From Acidobacteriaceae bacterium (GTDB taxonomy: Bacteria; Acidobacteriota; Terriglobia; Terriglobales; Acidobacteriaceae), in contig DASZYN010000728.1 of assembly GCA_035545435.1 (NCBI GenBank), positions 1 through 50,865 on the forward strand: a stretch of DNA of 50,865 nucleotides, given 5' to 3'. The notes beneath the pieces were generated by a model, which saw only the letters and a program-made list of their open reading frames with translations, was not told the origin of the DNA and ran no database searches. The position numbers and the translations under genes were made by a program. This document shows positions 28,217-37,058 of this stretch, one piece after another (the first letter of the stretch is position 1; every line of letters starts with the position of its first letter).

Positions 28217-31200
28217 CTAAAACTGAACAGCCACCGGCGAAAGGCTATCCGTTGTCGTTCCGTTACCCAGCGCTCCATGGAAGTTCGCTCCCCAGCATAC
28301 CACGTCTCCGTTGGCGAGCTGAGCGCAGAAGTTGTTGTCGTCTCCGACTGCCACCTGTCGCGCCGTGGAGATCCCCGATACGGGCACCGGCGATGGCGTC
28401 GGCGTCGTGGACAGACCGCCGGAACTATTAGGCAAGCCCCCCCAGCAGACAACCGCCCCGGAAGCCCGCACCGCGCAAGTTGCTCCCGATCCCGCGCCTA
28501 TCGCGATGGCATCAGTCAGATTCGAGACCTGCACCGGAACTGAGCTGTTCACCAGGGTGCCGTTTCCGAGCTCCCCGACGCCGTTGTCACCCCAACAGGA
28601 TACCGTTCCATTCGAGAGTAGCGCGCAGACGTGGGTCATCCCGGAAGCAATCATGATGGCAGAATTAATACCTTGGACCATGACCGGCGATGTGGTGTCC
28701 GTCGTGCTCCCATTACCGAGTTGACCGACACCGTTGTACCCCCAGCACAGGACGGTCTGGTCGAACAGAAGGGCGCATGTGTCATCTTCGCCCGCGGACA
28801 CCTGAGCGGCATTGAGGATACCAGCCACTGTCACCGGCAAGTCGGCCTCCATGGGCTGCCCATTACCCAGTGCCTGCCCCCAGCATTTCACGGATCCGTC
28901 GAGCATTGCGACACATGTGTGCACCAGCCCTGCGGCAATGCTTCCGACCGGCGATGGTCCGGACCCCGGGAATGGATTGTCAGTTCCGTTACCATGCGAC
29001 CCGTTGCCAAGTTCGCCTACGTCGTTCGACCCCCAGCAAGACGCCGCGCCCGTTGCGAGAATTGCACACGCGTGAAGCCACCTCGAGGATACCCCGACGA
29101 CCGGCCCACTTACGAGCGTCTGGACGGGCGTCAGGCTGTCGATCTTGCTTCCATTGCCCAGTCCACCCTTCACGTTATTGCCCCAGCACCACAATGTCCC
29201 TCCCGGACGCACAGCGCAAGCAGACGATGCACTGGCACTGATCGGCTGCGTCGTCGCCGGCATTCGGGAGGACAGCCCCGCAATCATCCCGCACCTGGGG
29301 CTACCGAGCCCCGTGACTAAATCGTACCCTTTCGTGGCGTTGAAGGGGCCGCTGCTTCCGGAAATGATGTCGTGGAAGTAGCGCGCATACAGAGGGGGAC
29401 TTTTTGCGATCGTGTAGATCGCTGGATTAATAAACCCCACCGGCTCGAGATTTTGCTGGGTCGAGTACTGATTGATTAGCGCTAGATACCCGGCAAACAA
29501 CGGCGACGCAATGCTGGTGCCAGCGACCCCTTGAAGCTGCCCTTTGAACACGAAGTTGACGAGGTCGGCTGGAAACGCGACGTCGGGAATATTTCTAAAC
29601 TGCGTCGAGCCACCGTTTTGGGACATGTCGATACCAGTCTGATAGAATGGTATCGGCGTCGGCGGTTGTACGGGATCGAGTGTGGTATTGCCGCTCGCAA
29701 CCCACCCCGAACTGCTCGACCAACCTGTTTCCGACGCGTACCTCGGCGGCGTCGTCGGCGGACTTCCGGTGGTCGTCAACTCAGTACCACCGACCCAGGT
29801 CATATAGGAGAGATCCCCCTTGTCAGCGATGTCAGTAGTGTGGCCACCACTGTCGCCAGAAGCAGTGACGAACGACTGTCCCTGTACAACGAATTCTTCG
29901 ATTGCCTGAAGAGCACTGGCGTCGCGGTTGAAACCAAACGAGGAGGACAAATTTAGAATGAGCGGTGTTCGCGTTGCCATCGAGTGCAACAGATCGTCAC
30001 CGAAACTCCCTTCGAACACCACGATTTCCGCTGCGCCAGGTGCCATGGACGCGGCCATCTCGATGTCTAACGTGGTCTCCAAAGCGCCGTCTGCCTCGTT
30101 CGGACAGGCACTGCCCGTTGTCTGACAGCCGGAATTTGCTACACAGGTGTCGACTCCTCCCGGCGCGGGGTGACAGGTCTGGTAGTTCATGTCTGACGGC
30201 GTAGCAAAAACGGTCGTAATCGGGGGAAGACGAGGGACTCCTGTGGTGGCAATATACGACTGTACGTCGCCCAGCGAGAATCCTCCCCCCGTCAGCAGGC
30301 CTATTGACTGACCCGTGCCGTCCATCGTGGAGCACTGCACATATACATTTCGAAAGTCAGTCCCCTGGAAAGTGCCATTGCTCCCAGAGCCGGCCGATGG
30401 CTTCATGACGAACGACGTATCGAGATTGCCTATGTATAGGAGCGGAACACTGGTGTCGACTGATGGTTGACGGTCCGGAGCGTAAAATCGCGTACCATCT
30501 GCCCGCTGATAACTGAAAAGATTCACATAAAATGTTTGTTCCACGGACTGCGCCGTTCCGGTCACGTCGAGAAGCAGATTGCTTCCGTAGGTCTTAGTTA
30601 CCGTCAGACCGTGAGCCTGAGCGAACGCCATCAGCGACTGATAGGTCGCTGATGAGACTCCATATTGTGCAGCAAATTGACTCGGGGTTAAGTACTGGCG
30701 GTATGTAGCACTGGTCGGATCTGTCACTGCCTGCATCTGGGCAGTCAGCGCCGCGGTGTTTTGGACCGGCAATCCGATGGCGAGATTGACCGTCGTCGAA
30801 GGGGACAACGGACCGATTAACGTACCCATGACACTTGCAGACGTCTGGTTCCCGCTGAGCTGTTGCTGTCCGTGGGGAGCCCGGCAGATCGGTGCGGCGA
30901 CTCCGTTATACGTGTTGGCTTGGCCGGCAACGTACAGCCCAAACCGTGGATCGGAAGCATAAGAGAATCCGGCTAGACACGGGCTGTACCAGTGCGATGT
31001 ACCGGGCGTGAAATTGGCGAAGTTTGCCAGATGTGACGACACCTGAATGCCGGTCCAAGTCGCGCCTGGGGGGAGCAGCGTCGTGTCTGTCGTCGATATC
31101 GACACCTCCCAGTTTGCTTGGACGGCAGTGGTGGGCCCACACGCTGGTGAGAACTTGACCGCCGCAACCGTCACGCCGGACACTTGATGCGTGCAACTTG

Positions 31201-31534
31201 GATTTCCGTTGATTCCAGTAAGGCAGCCGCCAGCAGACACATTCGCAGCGATGTTTTGCGCCGCAGTCGTATCGTAAGCCCAGAACTTGACCGACAGATC
31301 TGAGAGCTTCACGGATGTCGTTCCGTTATTCGTTATCGAGAAGAAATTCTGGACTTGGTTGGCGCCACACGAGTTCGTGAGCGTTTGAAGTTGTATCGGC
31401 TGCGTGTTCGTTGTTGCGCGGGCGGTTACACACAGGAACAACACGGCGCTAAACGCGACCGCCCCGGCCGTACTCGAATAGGGCCGGAGGCATCCATTTT
31501 CGCAGCGAAAGACGATCCGTCTTGTCGGGACCAT
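28217..31534 (-). CDS. Secreted CBM3-like - pro-kumamolisin/sedolisin (S53) peptidase - 7x RCC1-repeat fusion protein
   Basis: Signal AVAFSAVLFLCVTARA. The CBM3-like pattern is FFSITNNGTTSVKLSDLSVKFWAYD...DPRFGLYVAGQ. The S53 prodomain is YRQYLTPSQFAAQYGVS...HGLTV. The catalytic motifs are TLDIEMAASMAPGA, TASGDSGG and GVAGTSIASPLFAG. The C terminus has seven (C/S)WG-x-N-x-x-G-(Q/E)LGNG RCC1 repeats. Confidence 0.9.
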   Translation of the reverse strand: MVPTRRIVFRCENGCLRPYSSTAGAVAFSAVLFLCVTARATTNTQPIQLQTLTNSCGANQVQNFFSITNNGTTSVKLSDLSVKFWAYDTTAAQNIAANVSAGGCLTGINGNPSCTHQVSGVTVAAVKFSPACGPTTAVQANWEVSISTTDTTLLPPGATWTGIQVSSHLANFANFTPGTSHWYSPCLAGFSYASDPRFGLYVAGQANTYNGVAAPICRAPHGQQQLSGNQTSASVMGTLIGPLSPSTTVNLAIGLPVQNTAALTAQMQAVTDPTSATYRQYLTPSQFAAQYGVSSATYQSLMAFAQAHGLTVTKTYGSNLLLDVTGTAQSVEQTFYVNLFSYQRADGTRFYAPDRQPSVDTSVPLLYIGNLDTSFVMKPSAGSGSNGTFQGTDFRNVYVQCSTMDGTGQSIGLLTGGGFSLGDVQSYIATTGVPRLPPITTVFATPSDMNYQTCHPAPGGVDTCVANSGCQTTGSACPNEADGALETTLDIEMAASMAPGAAEIVVFEGSFGDDLLHSMATRTPLILNLSSSFGFNRDASALQAIEEFVVQGQSFVTASGDSGGHTTDIADKGDLSYMTWVGGTELTTTGSPPTTPPRYASETGWSSSSGWVASGNTTLDPVQPPTPIPFYQTGIDMSQNGGSTQFRNIPDVAFPADLVNFVFKGQLQGVAGTSIASPLFAGYLALINQYSTQQNLEPVGFINPAIYTIAKSPPLYARYFHDIISGSSGPFNATKGYDLVTGLGSPRCGMIAGLSSRMPATTQPISASASSACAVRPGGTLWCWGNNVKGGLGNGSKIDSLTPVQTLVSGPVVGVSSRWLHACAILATGAASCWGSNDVGELGNGSHGNGTDNPFPGSGPSPVGSIAAGLVHTCVAMLDGSVKCWGQALGNGQPMEADLPVTVAGILNAAQVSAGEDDTCALLFDQTVLCWGYNGVGQLGNGSTTDTTSPVMVQGINSAIMIASGMTHVCALLSNGTVSCWGDNGVGELGNGTLVNSSVPVQVSNLTDAIAIGAGSGATCAVRASGAVVCWGGLPNSSGGLSTTPTPSPVPVSGISTARQVAVGDDNNFCAQLANGDVVCWGANFHGALGNGTTTDSLSPVAVQF

Positions 31535-31619
31535 GCGTGTTGAATAGCACTCGACGCAGCAGGCCCGTCGGCGGATTTAAGTCCGTTCTATCGGTTGGTT
31601 CTTGCGCGGTTGCTTACGA

Positions 31620-31662
31620 GTTTCGAAACCTTGTTGCTTACGGCCAGGGTGAGTTTCGAAAC
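31620..31662. promoter_or_regulatory. Two copies of the perfect 10-bp palindrome GTTTCGAAAC (31620-31629, 31653-31662) within an imperfect direct repeat
   Basis: TTGCTTACG-AGTTTCGAAACC at 31610-31630 and TTGCTTACG-GCCAGGGTG-AGTTTCGAAACC at 31634-31663. Located ~90-130 bp upstream of the S53 start (31534, minus strand) and at the left edge of repeat copy B. Candidate operator; function not shown. Confidence 0.3.
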
Positions 31663-31665
31663 CAT

Positions 31666-32177
31666 CGGATCGTAGCCTCCGCAACCGCCGCGCACCGGGA
31701 CATCGCGCTCTTCTTGGCCGGCTACTTCACGATCTGGCTAATCGCGGGATTCGCCCTGTCGGCACTCGCGTGGGTGATCAACACCCTGCGAGTGGGCTCG
31801 CCAATGTCTTTCGTGCTCGTCGGCCTGTGCTTGGCTCTTTATGAGGTCAGCCCCCTCAAGCAGGCTTGCCTCAATCGCGGACGTTCTCACCCCGAACTCG
31901 CGGCAGTCGGCCGGGCCGCCGACCCCGAGGCGCTTCGCTTTGGGTGGACACACGGAGCTTGGTGTGTGGGTTCCTGTTGGGGCTCATGCTGCTGCCGCTG
32001 CTCCTCAACCGTCATCTCACCGCGATGGCCCTAGTGACTGTCTGGCTGGTCGCCGAGTATCTTGAACGACTGGTAGCGCCTGGTCGGCGAGTGCGTCGAC
32101 CACAGAAAGCGAGCCAGACTTTAGTCGTCGAATCGAAGCGGCTCCGCTCCGCACTCGCCTCGCCGACCGTCACTTGA
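31666..32177 (+). pseudogene. 5'-truncated, frameshifted DUF2182 paralogue
   Basis: Homology to 26642..27418 starts at its codon ~88 (IALFLAGYFTIWL...). A 1-nt deletion near 31980 (gggcgctc to ggggctc) shifts the frame, so the remainder is read in the 31866..32177 frame (LMLLPLLLNRHLTAMALVTVWLVAEYLERLV...). Confidence 0.75.
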
Positions 32178-32596
32178 AGACGAACGACTGGAGACCCTTT
32201 CGATCACGGGGAGATCGGTCTCGGACAAGAAGGTTGCTCGCTCGCACACAATCCAGAGCAGGGCGTCGTGGCCACCATGGGAACGGGTACCCAGTGTTCT
32301 TCCGGCGACATCTGTGCCTGCCTCCCAGCCCCCCGGCTTGGTTTCGAGATCACTCCATCTGAGATGCCGCGAGTTCCAAAACCGGTTCGGCTAAGCCCGT
32401 CGGAAATCGGACTCGTCCGCATGAAAGATCGAGCAGGCCGTTCGTTCGGTACGGTGTCGGACTGAACCGGTTCCCGAGCGGTCCACACGTGTAAGGCCCA
32501 TACACACGGTCAGACGGCGCGGAAGGGCATCCGCACAGCGCTTAGGCACATCTGCGGGACCTCGGGACAGCGATTCACCCTTAGGAGGACGAACGA

Positions 32597-33619
32597 ATGG
32601 CGACGACCAAGTTCTCTCGGGAGAGACTTCCGGACAAACTGCTTTCAGCCAAGGCAGAAGCGGTCTCAGCCTTTCTCAGTAGCGAGCCGGTCGAAAGAAC
32701 ACTGGCCTTCGCGGCCACCTCCCGCCCCGAACACAACGTCGTGGGCGTGGGCATCGGACCAAAAATGGTCAAGGGCAAGCCCACGAGCGGCTACTCGGTC
32801 CGGTTCTACGTCGTCTCCAAAATTCCCTTGTCCGCGATCAAGAAGGATCACGTCCTTCCGAGCAAGGTGAAGGGGATGTCAGCCGACGTCGTCGAAGTCG
32901 GCGTCTTTCGTGCATTTGCCGTGGGGCCTACTGCCGAGCAGAAGCGCCGGCGACCGGCTCGTCCGGGCAGCTCAATCGGGTTCCAGTTCCCCGGAAGCAA
33001 GGCCACGTTCGTCATGGCGGGCACCTTCGGTGCCGTCGTGACCGACGGGTCGAACAGACTAATCCTCAGCAACATCCACGTCCTCGCCGACGAGAACAAT
33101 CTTTCGCCTGGCGCCAGCATCTTCCAGCCCGGACTCCTCGATGGAGGGAGCGTCAACCGTGACGAGATCGCGACGCTCAGCAAGTTCGTCCCGCTGGATT
33201 TCAGTGCGCCCAACCTCGTCGACTGCGCGCTGGCCGCGGTAGACCGAGCGAATCTCATCAGCGCGGCCGTTCTGCCCAAGGTGGGGAAGCTGGCGAGCGC
33301 AGTGCCGGTTCCCGCGGTAGTGGGGATGAAGGTCCACAAAACTGGACGCACGACCGGGTATCGGACGGGCGTCGTCTTCGATGTCAGCGCCGACGTCAAA
33401 GTGGGCTACGAAGGTGGCACCGCCGTGTTTCAGAACCAGGTTCTCATCAAGGGAGACACGGCTCAGTCCTTCTCGGATGCTGGTGATTCGGGATCCCTCA
33501 TCGTCGACCGCGCGACGAAGCGCGCGACGGCTCTCCTGTTCGCCGGATCCGCCAGCCACACCATTGGCAATCACATCTCCGACGTCCTGTCCGCCCTCGA
33601 CGTCACCCTGGTGGTATGA
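32597..33619 (+). CDS. Chymotrypsin-fold (S1-like, NAL1-like bacterial family) serine protease with N-terminal beta-rich domain
   Basis: RBS TAGGAGGAC. Triad in H-D-S order: LILSNIHVLA (H161), NLVDCALAAV (D209), DAGDSGSLIV (S298). HKTGRTTGYRTGVV and LLFAGS are typical of this family. No signal peptide seen. Confidence 0.8.
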   Translation: MATTKFSRERLPDKLLSAKAEAVSAFLSSEPVERTLAFAATSRPEHNVVGVGIGPKMVKGKPTSGYSVRFYVVSKIPLSAIKKDHVLPSKVKGMSADVVEVGVFRAFAVGPTAEQKRRRPARPGSSIGFQFPGSKATFVMAGTFGAVVTDGSNRLILSNIHVLADENNLSPGASIFQPGLLDGGSVNRDEIATLSKFVPLDFSAPNLVDCALAAVDRANLISAAVLPKVGKLASAVPVPAVVGMKVHKTGRTTGYRTGVVFDVSADVKVGYEGGTAVFQNQVLIKGDTAQSFSDAGDSGSLIVDRATKRATALLFAGSASHTIGNHISDVLSALDVTLVV

Positions 33620-33664
33620 CGTCGGGCAGCTGGCCGACCCATGTTCCGGTGGTAGCTTTCCGGG

Positions 33665-33883
33665 ATGGAGCCGAACGATCTCGCGAGCCGGAAGCAAAGA
33701 CTGTCTCCGAAGCTCCTGGCCATCGACGGGGTTTCAGGCGTGGGGATCGGTGAAGGAAACATCGTCGTCTACCTGGTCGATGACTCGGACGCCGTACGCA
33801 AGCAGGCCCGCGGGATCATCGACGCCGAAGAGCCTGGCACGCCCGTCAGCTTTCATGTCACCGGAGCTTTTCGGAAGACGTGA
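33665..33883 (+). CDS. Small protein resembling the N-terminal domain of the adjacent protease
   Basis: 72 aa. LLAIDGVSGVGIGEGNIVVYLVDDSDAVRKQARGIID...VSFHVTGAFRK parallels NVVGVGIGPK...SVRFYVVSKIPLSAIKKDHVL...VVEVGVFRA in 32597..33619. Starts 45 nt after the protease stop. No strong RBS seen. Confidence 0.5.
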   Translation: MEPNDLASRKQRLSPKLLAIDGVSGVGIGEGNIVVYLVDDSDAVRKQARGIIDAEEPGTPVSFHVTGAFRKT

Positions 33884-33962
33884 GCGACGGAGGTCGATGA
33901 GGCAACGTGAGCAGGTGCTCTAGCCCCACAGCAGGTCCGTCAAAGCGCGAGATCGTTACAGC

Positions 33963-34307
33963 TCAGAGTGGAACGCAAGCACCGGGGAGATTGGACGATC
34001 CAGCAGGGCTACAGCCCAACGGCTGACAACACGGAGGCCAAGGCCCGCCGCCTGTTTCGCATGAAGGCCCCATCTGCCCGCATGAGGCATCTACTCCCTT
34101 AGCATCGTTAAAGCCGCGTCCCGATGATGAGCGGACGGGCGCTGGAGCGTAACCGGGATAGTCATTGCAGCCGATGGTCTCCGTCACGCCGTTGCAGCCA
34201 CACACGTACTGGATCGCGTTGCACCACAGCGGGCGGGGTTCCGGAGTTCGTGGAATGCACTGCCCTGTCTCCGTGCACCCGTCGGCAATCTTGTATACAC
34301 TCGCCAT
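33963..34307 (-). pseudogene. N-terminally truncated paralogue of the Kazal-like/knottin-like lipoprotein (no signal peptide)
   Basis: MASVYKIADGCTETGQCIPRTPEPRPLWCNAIQYVCGCNGVTETIGCNDYPGYAP...CGQMGPSCETGGGPWPPCCQPLGCSPAGSSNLPGACVPL aligns with residues ~90-200 of 27596..28198. Homology upstream ends at CQRESDCP (about 34338), and the frame then hits TAG. Confidence 0.55.
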
Positions 34308-34374
34308 CCCAGCAGGGCAGTCGGATTCACGTTGACAGACGACAGGCGCCTTGCCGAGCGCGTTCGTCGTGGAC

Positions 34375-34617
34375 GTCCGGTTCCCGTTCGCGGGTGTACG
34401 TCGTCGCCTCGCCTAGGCCATTGGTCCGCTTGGTCTCGGTCCGGTTGACGTCGTACTGGCGGGTGGTCGCTCGGCCGAGTTGGTCGGTCTGCGAGAGCAG
34501 CATCCCGTCGTCGTCGAACCGCCGACCTCCTGCGACGTCTGGCCCGCTGCGCGGAAGGGGCGCGCGCCTGTGAAGCAGCGATTGCCCCAGAACAGTGCGG
34601 AGGAGAGGTTGTTCGAA
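34375..34617 (-). pseudogene. Short YD-repeat / RHS-like fragment without start codon
   Basis: Minus-strand open frame ...GRRFDDDGMLLSQTDQLGRATTRQYDVNRTETKRTNGLGEATTYTRE... shows two to three 'xxDxxGRxxxxxYD' YD-repeat periods. Only ~80 codons, bounded by stops. Confidence 0.35.
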
Positions 34618-34713
34618 TCAAACCGAAGACTTCTGTAAGTAAGGCATCGGCTGATCGGAAGTTTGACGAGCTCTCGCGTTGTACATCCACGCCGCGGCGG
34701 GGGGAGGGCTCTG

Positions 34714-35943
34714 ATGCGACGACGGACATTTCTGAAGACGGCGGGGGCCGGGATCGCAGCGGGACTGGCGGTCGGGCTGTCCGGGCGAAGATCCCTCGCG
34801 GCATGGGGTGATCCCGATCCGTCCGTCTGGGGCGGCCATGGAACGCCCGCCACGAAGGTGCTCGAGATCCACCTGTTGGGGGGAATGGCACCCTGGGAGT
34901 CGTTCTATTACCGGCCAATCGCCGACGGGACACGCGGCTTCGATACCGACCTGGATGCATCCCACCTGAAATGGAATGCGTCCTGCGCCGGTACACCGAA
35001 CGGCCTCGCGTCTCAGTCCCTTGGCGTCGACGCAGCAGGCAACCCAGTCAACCTCGGACCCTTTGCTGCCCCGCTGTGGCGCCAGGACATCATCTCCAAA
35101 ACACGCGTCGTCGTGCTCCAACACGACCTCCAGCCGCACGAGGCCGCGATCCCTTACGCGCTCTCGGGGCGGCGGCTGGGCAGGCCCGGCGCCTGCGGGT
35201 TGGGAGCACCGCTGCAACGACGCGCGCACGAACTCGACCCCACGAGAGCGATGCCCGCCTCGTACTGCCTTGTCCCCCCGATATTCCTCGGTTCCTCGCT
35301 GTTTTCGATGCTCGACGCCGTGGGCTCTCATCCCGGCGCGGCCCGTCCCGTGGTCTTGCCGGTGGGCGCCACCACCACGAGCTTCCTGGCCAGCCTGACC
35401 CGGACGGTGCCGGCAGCGGCCGATCCCCTGATTCAGCAATATGACGTGCAGTACGGGCGGCGGCTCTTCGTCACGAATGCGACCGACCGCACCCGTTCTG
35501 CGGCCTACGCCGACTTCGACTCGAGCACGGGTGGCCTGCAATCCGCCGCCTCGCTGAGCACGTTCCTCAACGGCGGGCCGCTCGTGCCAGCGAACCGACC
35601 GCAATGCTCGTCCGTCACGACGACCTTCGATATTTCCGACGGCTTTCGCACCGCCGCGATGCAAAGCGCAGCCTACCTCCTCAATCACCCGACCGCCGCC
35701 AACCGCGCCAGGTACGTCTGCATCGTCGACGGACCCTTCAACCCGTCAGGATTCCTGTCCTACGACCTCCACCACGGCGCTGCGCCAAACGGGCAGGCCC
35801 AGCTGACGTCGACCCATCTCTGGGAGACGCTGAGCGGGCTCGCCTCGATCATTCGGCAGCCTACAGATCCGCGATCGCGGTCGACGTGCCATTGCCGACC
35901 TGCATGTCGGTGCAGCCGACCACCACCCGGTTGTTGGGACTGA
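34714..35943 (+). CDS. Tat-signal DUF1501-family (sulfatase-like fold) protein, apparently 3'-truncated
   Basis: RBS GGGGGGAGGG. MRRRTFLKTAGAGIAAGLAVG is a twin-arginine signal. VLEIHLLGGMAPWESF and VVVLQHDLQPHEAA fit the DUF1501 N-terminal half. The expected C-terminal 'GEFGRTP...GRDH' part is absent. The last ~28 codons run antisense into the neighbouring gene. Confidence 0.65.
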   Translation: MRRRTFLKTAGAGIAAGLAVGLSGRRSLAAWGDPDPSVWGGHGTPATKVLEIHLLGGMAPWESFYYRPIADGTRGFDTDLDASHLKWNASCAGTPNGLASQSLGVDAAGNPVNLGPFAAPLWRQDIISKTRVVVLQHDLQPHEAAIPYALSGRRLGRPGACGLGAPLQRRAHELDPTRAMPASYCLVPPIFLGSSLFSMLDAVGSHPGAARPVVLPVGATTTSFLASLTRTVPAAADPLIQQYDVQYGRRLFVTNATDRTRSAAYADFDSSTGGLQSAASLSTFLNGGPLVPANRPQCSSVTTTFDISDGFRTAAMQSAAYLLNHPTAANRARYVCIVDGPFNPSGFLSYDLHHGAAPNGQAQLTSTHLWETLSGLASIIRQPTDPRSRSTCHCRPACRCSRPPPGCWD

Positions 35944-37033
35944 CGGCCACGTCGAAGCAGGCAGCGTCCAGACCGTTGTTACCAATCTGCTGCGCCCAGA
36001 GTAACTGACCGGAAGCATTGAACTTCGCCAGCGCGCCACCGGTGAACGACCCGTTCGACGTCACCGCGTCCCCCGCCGCGTACACGTTCCCCGACGAATC
36101 GACCGTGACCGCATTCCCACCATAGGTGGTGTCGCTACCAGGAGTCCCGATCTCGCCCAGACCCGGATAGGGGGCGCTCCGCGGCTGGGCGCGAAACAGA
36201 TATTTCCAAGTGGTGGCGAGCCCCGTCGTCAGCTTCGCCACGTACATCTGGGACGAGCTGCTCGAGGCCTGCGGTCCGGTGATGTAGACGGAGGTGCCCG
36301 AGATCTTCATTCCCCGCACGGGCAGATGTCCCGACCAGGTCACCGGGCTACCGAGCGTGGAAGAGTAGCGCGTCAGCCCCGAGGCGCTGGACCAGTAAAC
36401 GTTGTTCGACGAATCCACCAGCAGCCTTTCCATCGGCATGTCCGCGCTGAAGTCAATCACCCCGCCCAGCGACACGGTGGGAAGCTGGACAGCGCCAGTG
36501 GACGTCGACATTCGCACCAGGGTCGCCGGTGCCGTTGGCGCCGAGGAATTTCCTCTGGTCCCGATCACATAGAGGCTGCCGTTGCTCCCCAAGGCGATCG
36601 CCCCGCCCGAAGAGTGTTCGCTGACCGTGCCCAGGTCCTGCCGGCCGGTCCAGACGATGCTTCCCGACGGCGACAGCTTCGTCACAACGAGAACGGCGAT
36701 CGGGTTTCCGCCGCTATCGAACCGCGTGACCGTCCCACTGACGTAGACGTTGTCGCCTGCGTCGATGGCGAGCTGCCCGAAGCTGCTGTTGCTGGTGCCG
36801 TCCCAGAGAATGTTCCAGAGGACAGCCCCGTCCGATGCCCGGAATTTCACGATCGTGTTGTAGGGAGCGGTCATGATCACATTGCCCCCGCTGTCCTTGA
36901 CCATGTGTCCATGCCCGTTCTTGCTGGGCGATGGTTGCGTCGCCTCCCAGGCCTGTTGTGCCTGGGCGGCCGCAGCGGTCAGGTGAAAAATGAAAACGCC
37001 CGCCAACGCGGACATCGGAAGTCGCGTCATCAT
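35861..37033 (-). CDS. Secreted beta-propeller protein (SBBP-like repeats)
   Basis: Signal MMTRLPMSALAGVFIFHLTAAAAQAQQ. Recurring G-(D/S)-N-V-Y-V/A-x-G blades: GDNVYVSGT, GSLYVIGT, NNVYWSS, TSVYITG, GNVYAAGD. Confidence 0.75.
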   Translation of the reverse strand: MMTRLPMSALAGVFIFHLTAAAAQAQQAWEATQPSPSKNGHGHMVKDSGGNVIMTAPYNTIVKFRASDGAVLWNILWDGTSNSSFGQLAIDAGDNVYVSGTVTRFDSGGNPIAVLVVTKLSPSGSIVWTGRQDLGTVSEHSSGGAIALGSNGSLYVIGTRGNSSAPTAPATLVRMSTSTGAVQLPTVSLGGVIDFSADMPMERLLVDSSNNVYWSSASGLTRYSSTLGSPVTWSGHLPVRGMKISGTSVYITGPQASSSSSQMYVAKLTTGLATTWKYLFRAQPRSAPYPGLGEIGTPGSDTTYGGNAVTVDSSGNVYAAGDAVTSNGSFTGGALAKFNASGQLLWAQQIGNNGLDAACFDVAVSPNNRVVVGCTDMQVGNGTSTAIADL

Positions 37034-37058
37034 CGTTCAATCTCCTTCAAGCTGCCGG

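Larger units (their letters stand above)
31666..34338. repeat. Dispersed duplication, copy B, interrupted by a 1.77-kb cassette (32192-33958)
   Basis: Same alignment as copy A. The 160-bp spacer of copy A is replaced here by the Ser-protease + small-ORF cassette. Confidence 0.8.

Noticed and set aside
34618-35688. 356-aa minus-strand ORF
   Set aside because: Antisense to the DUF1501 gene, which has a Tat signal, a strong RBS and family motifs. No motifs in the antisense product.
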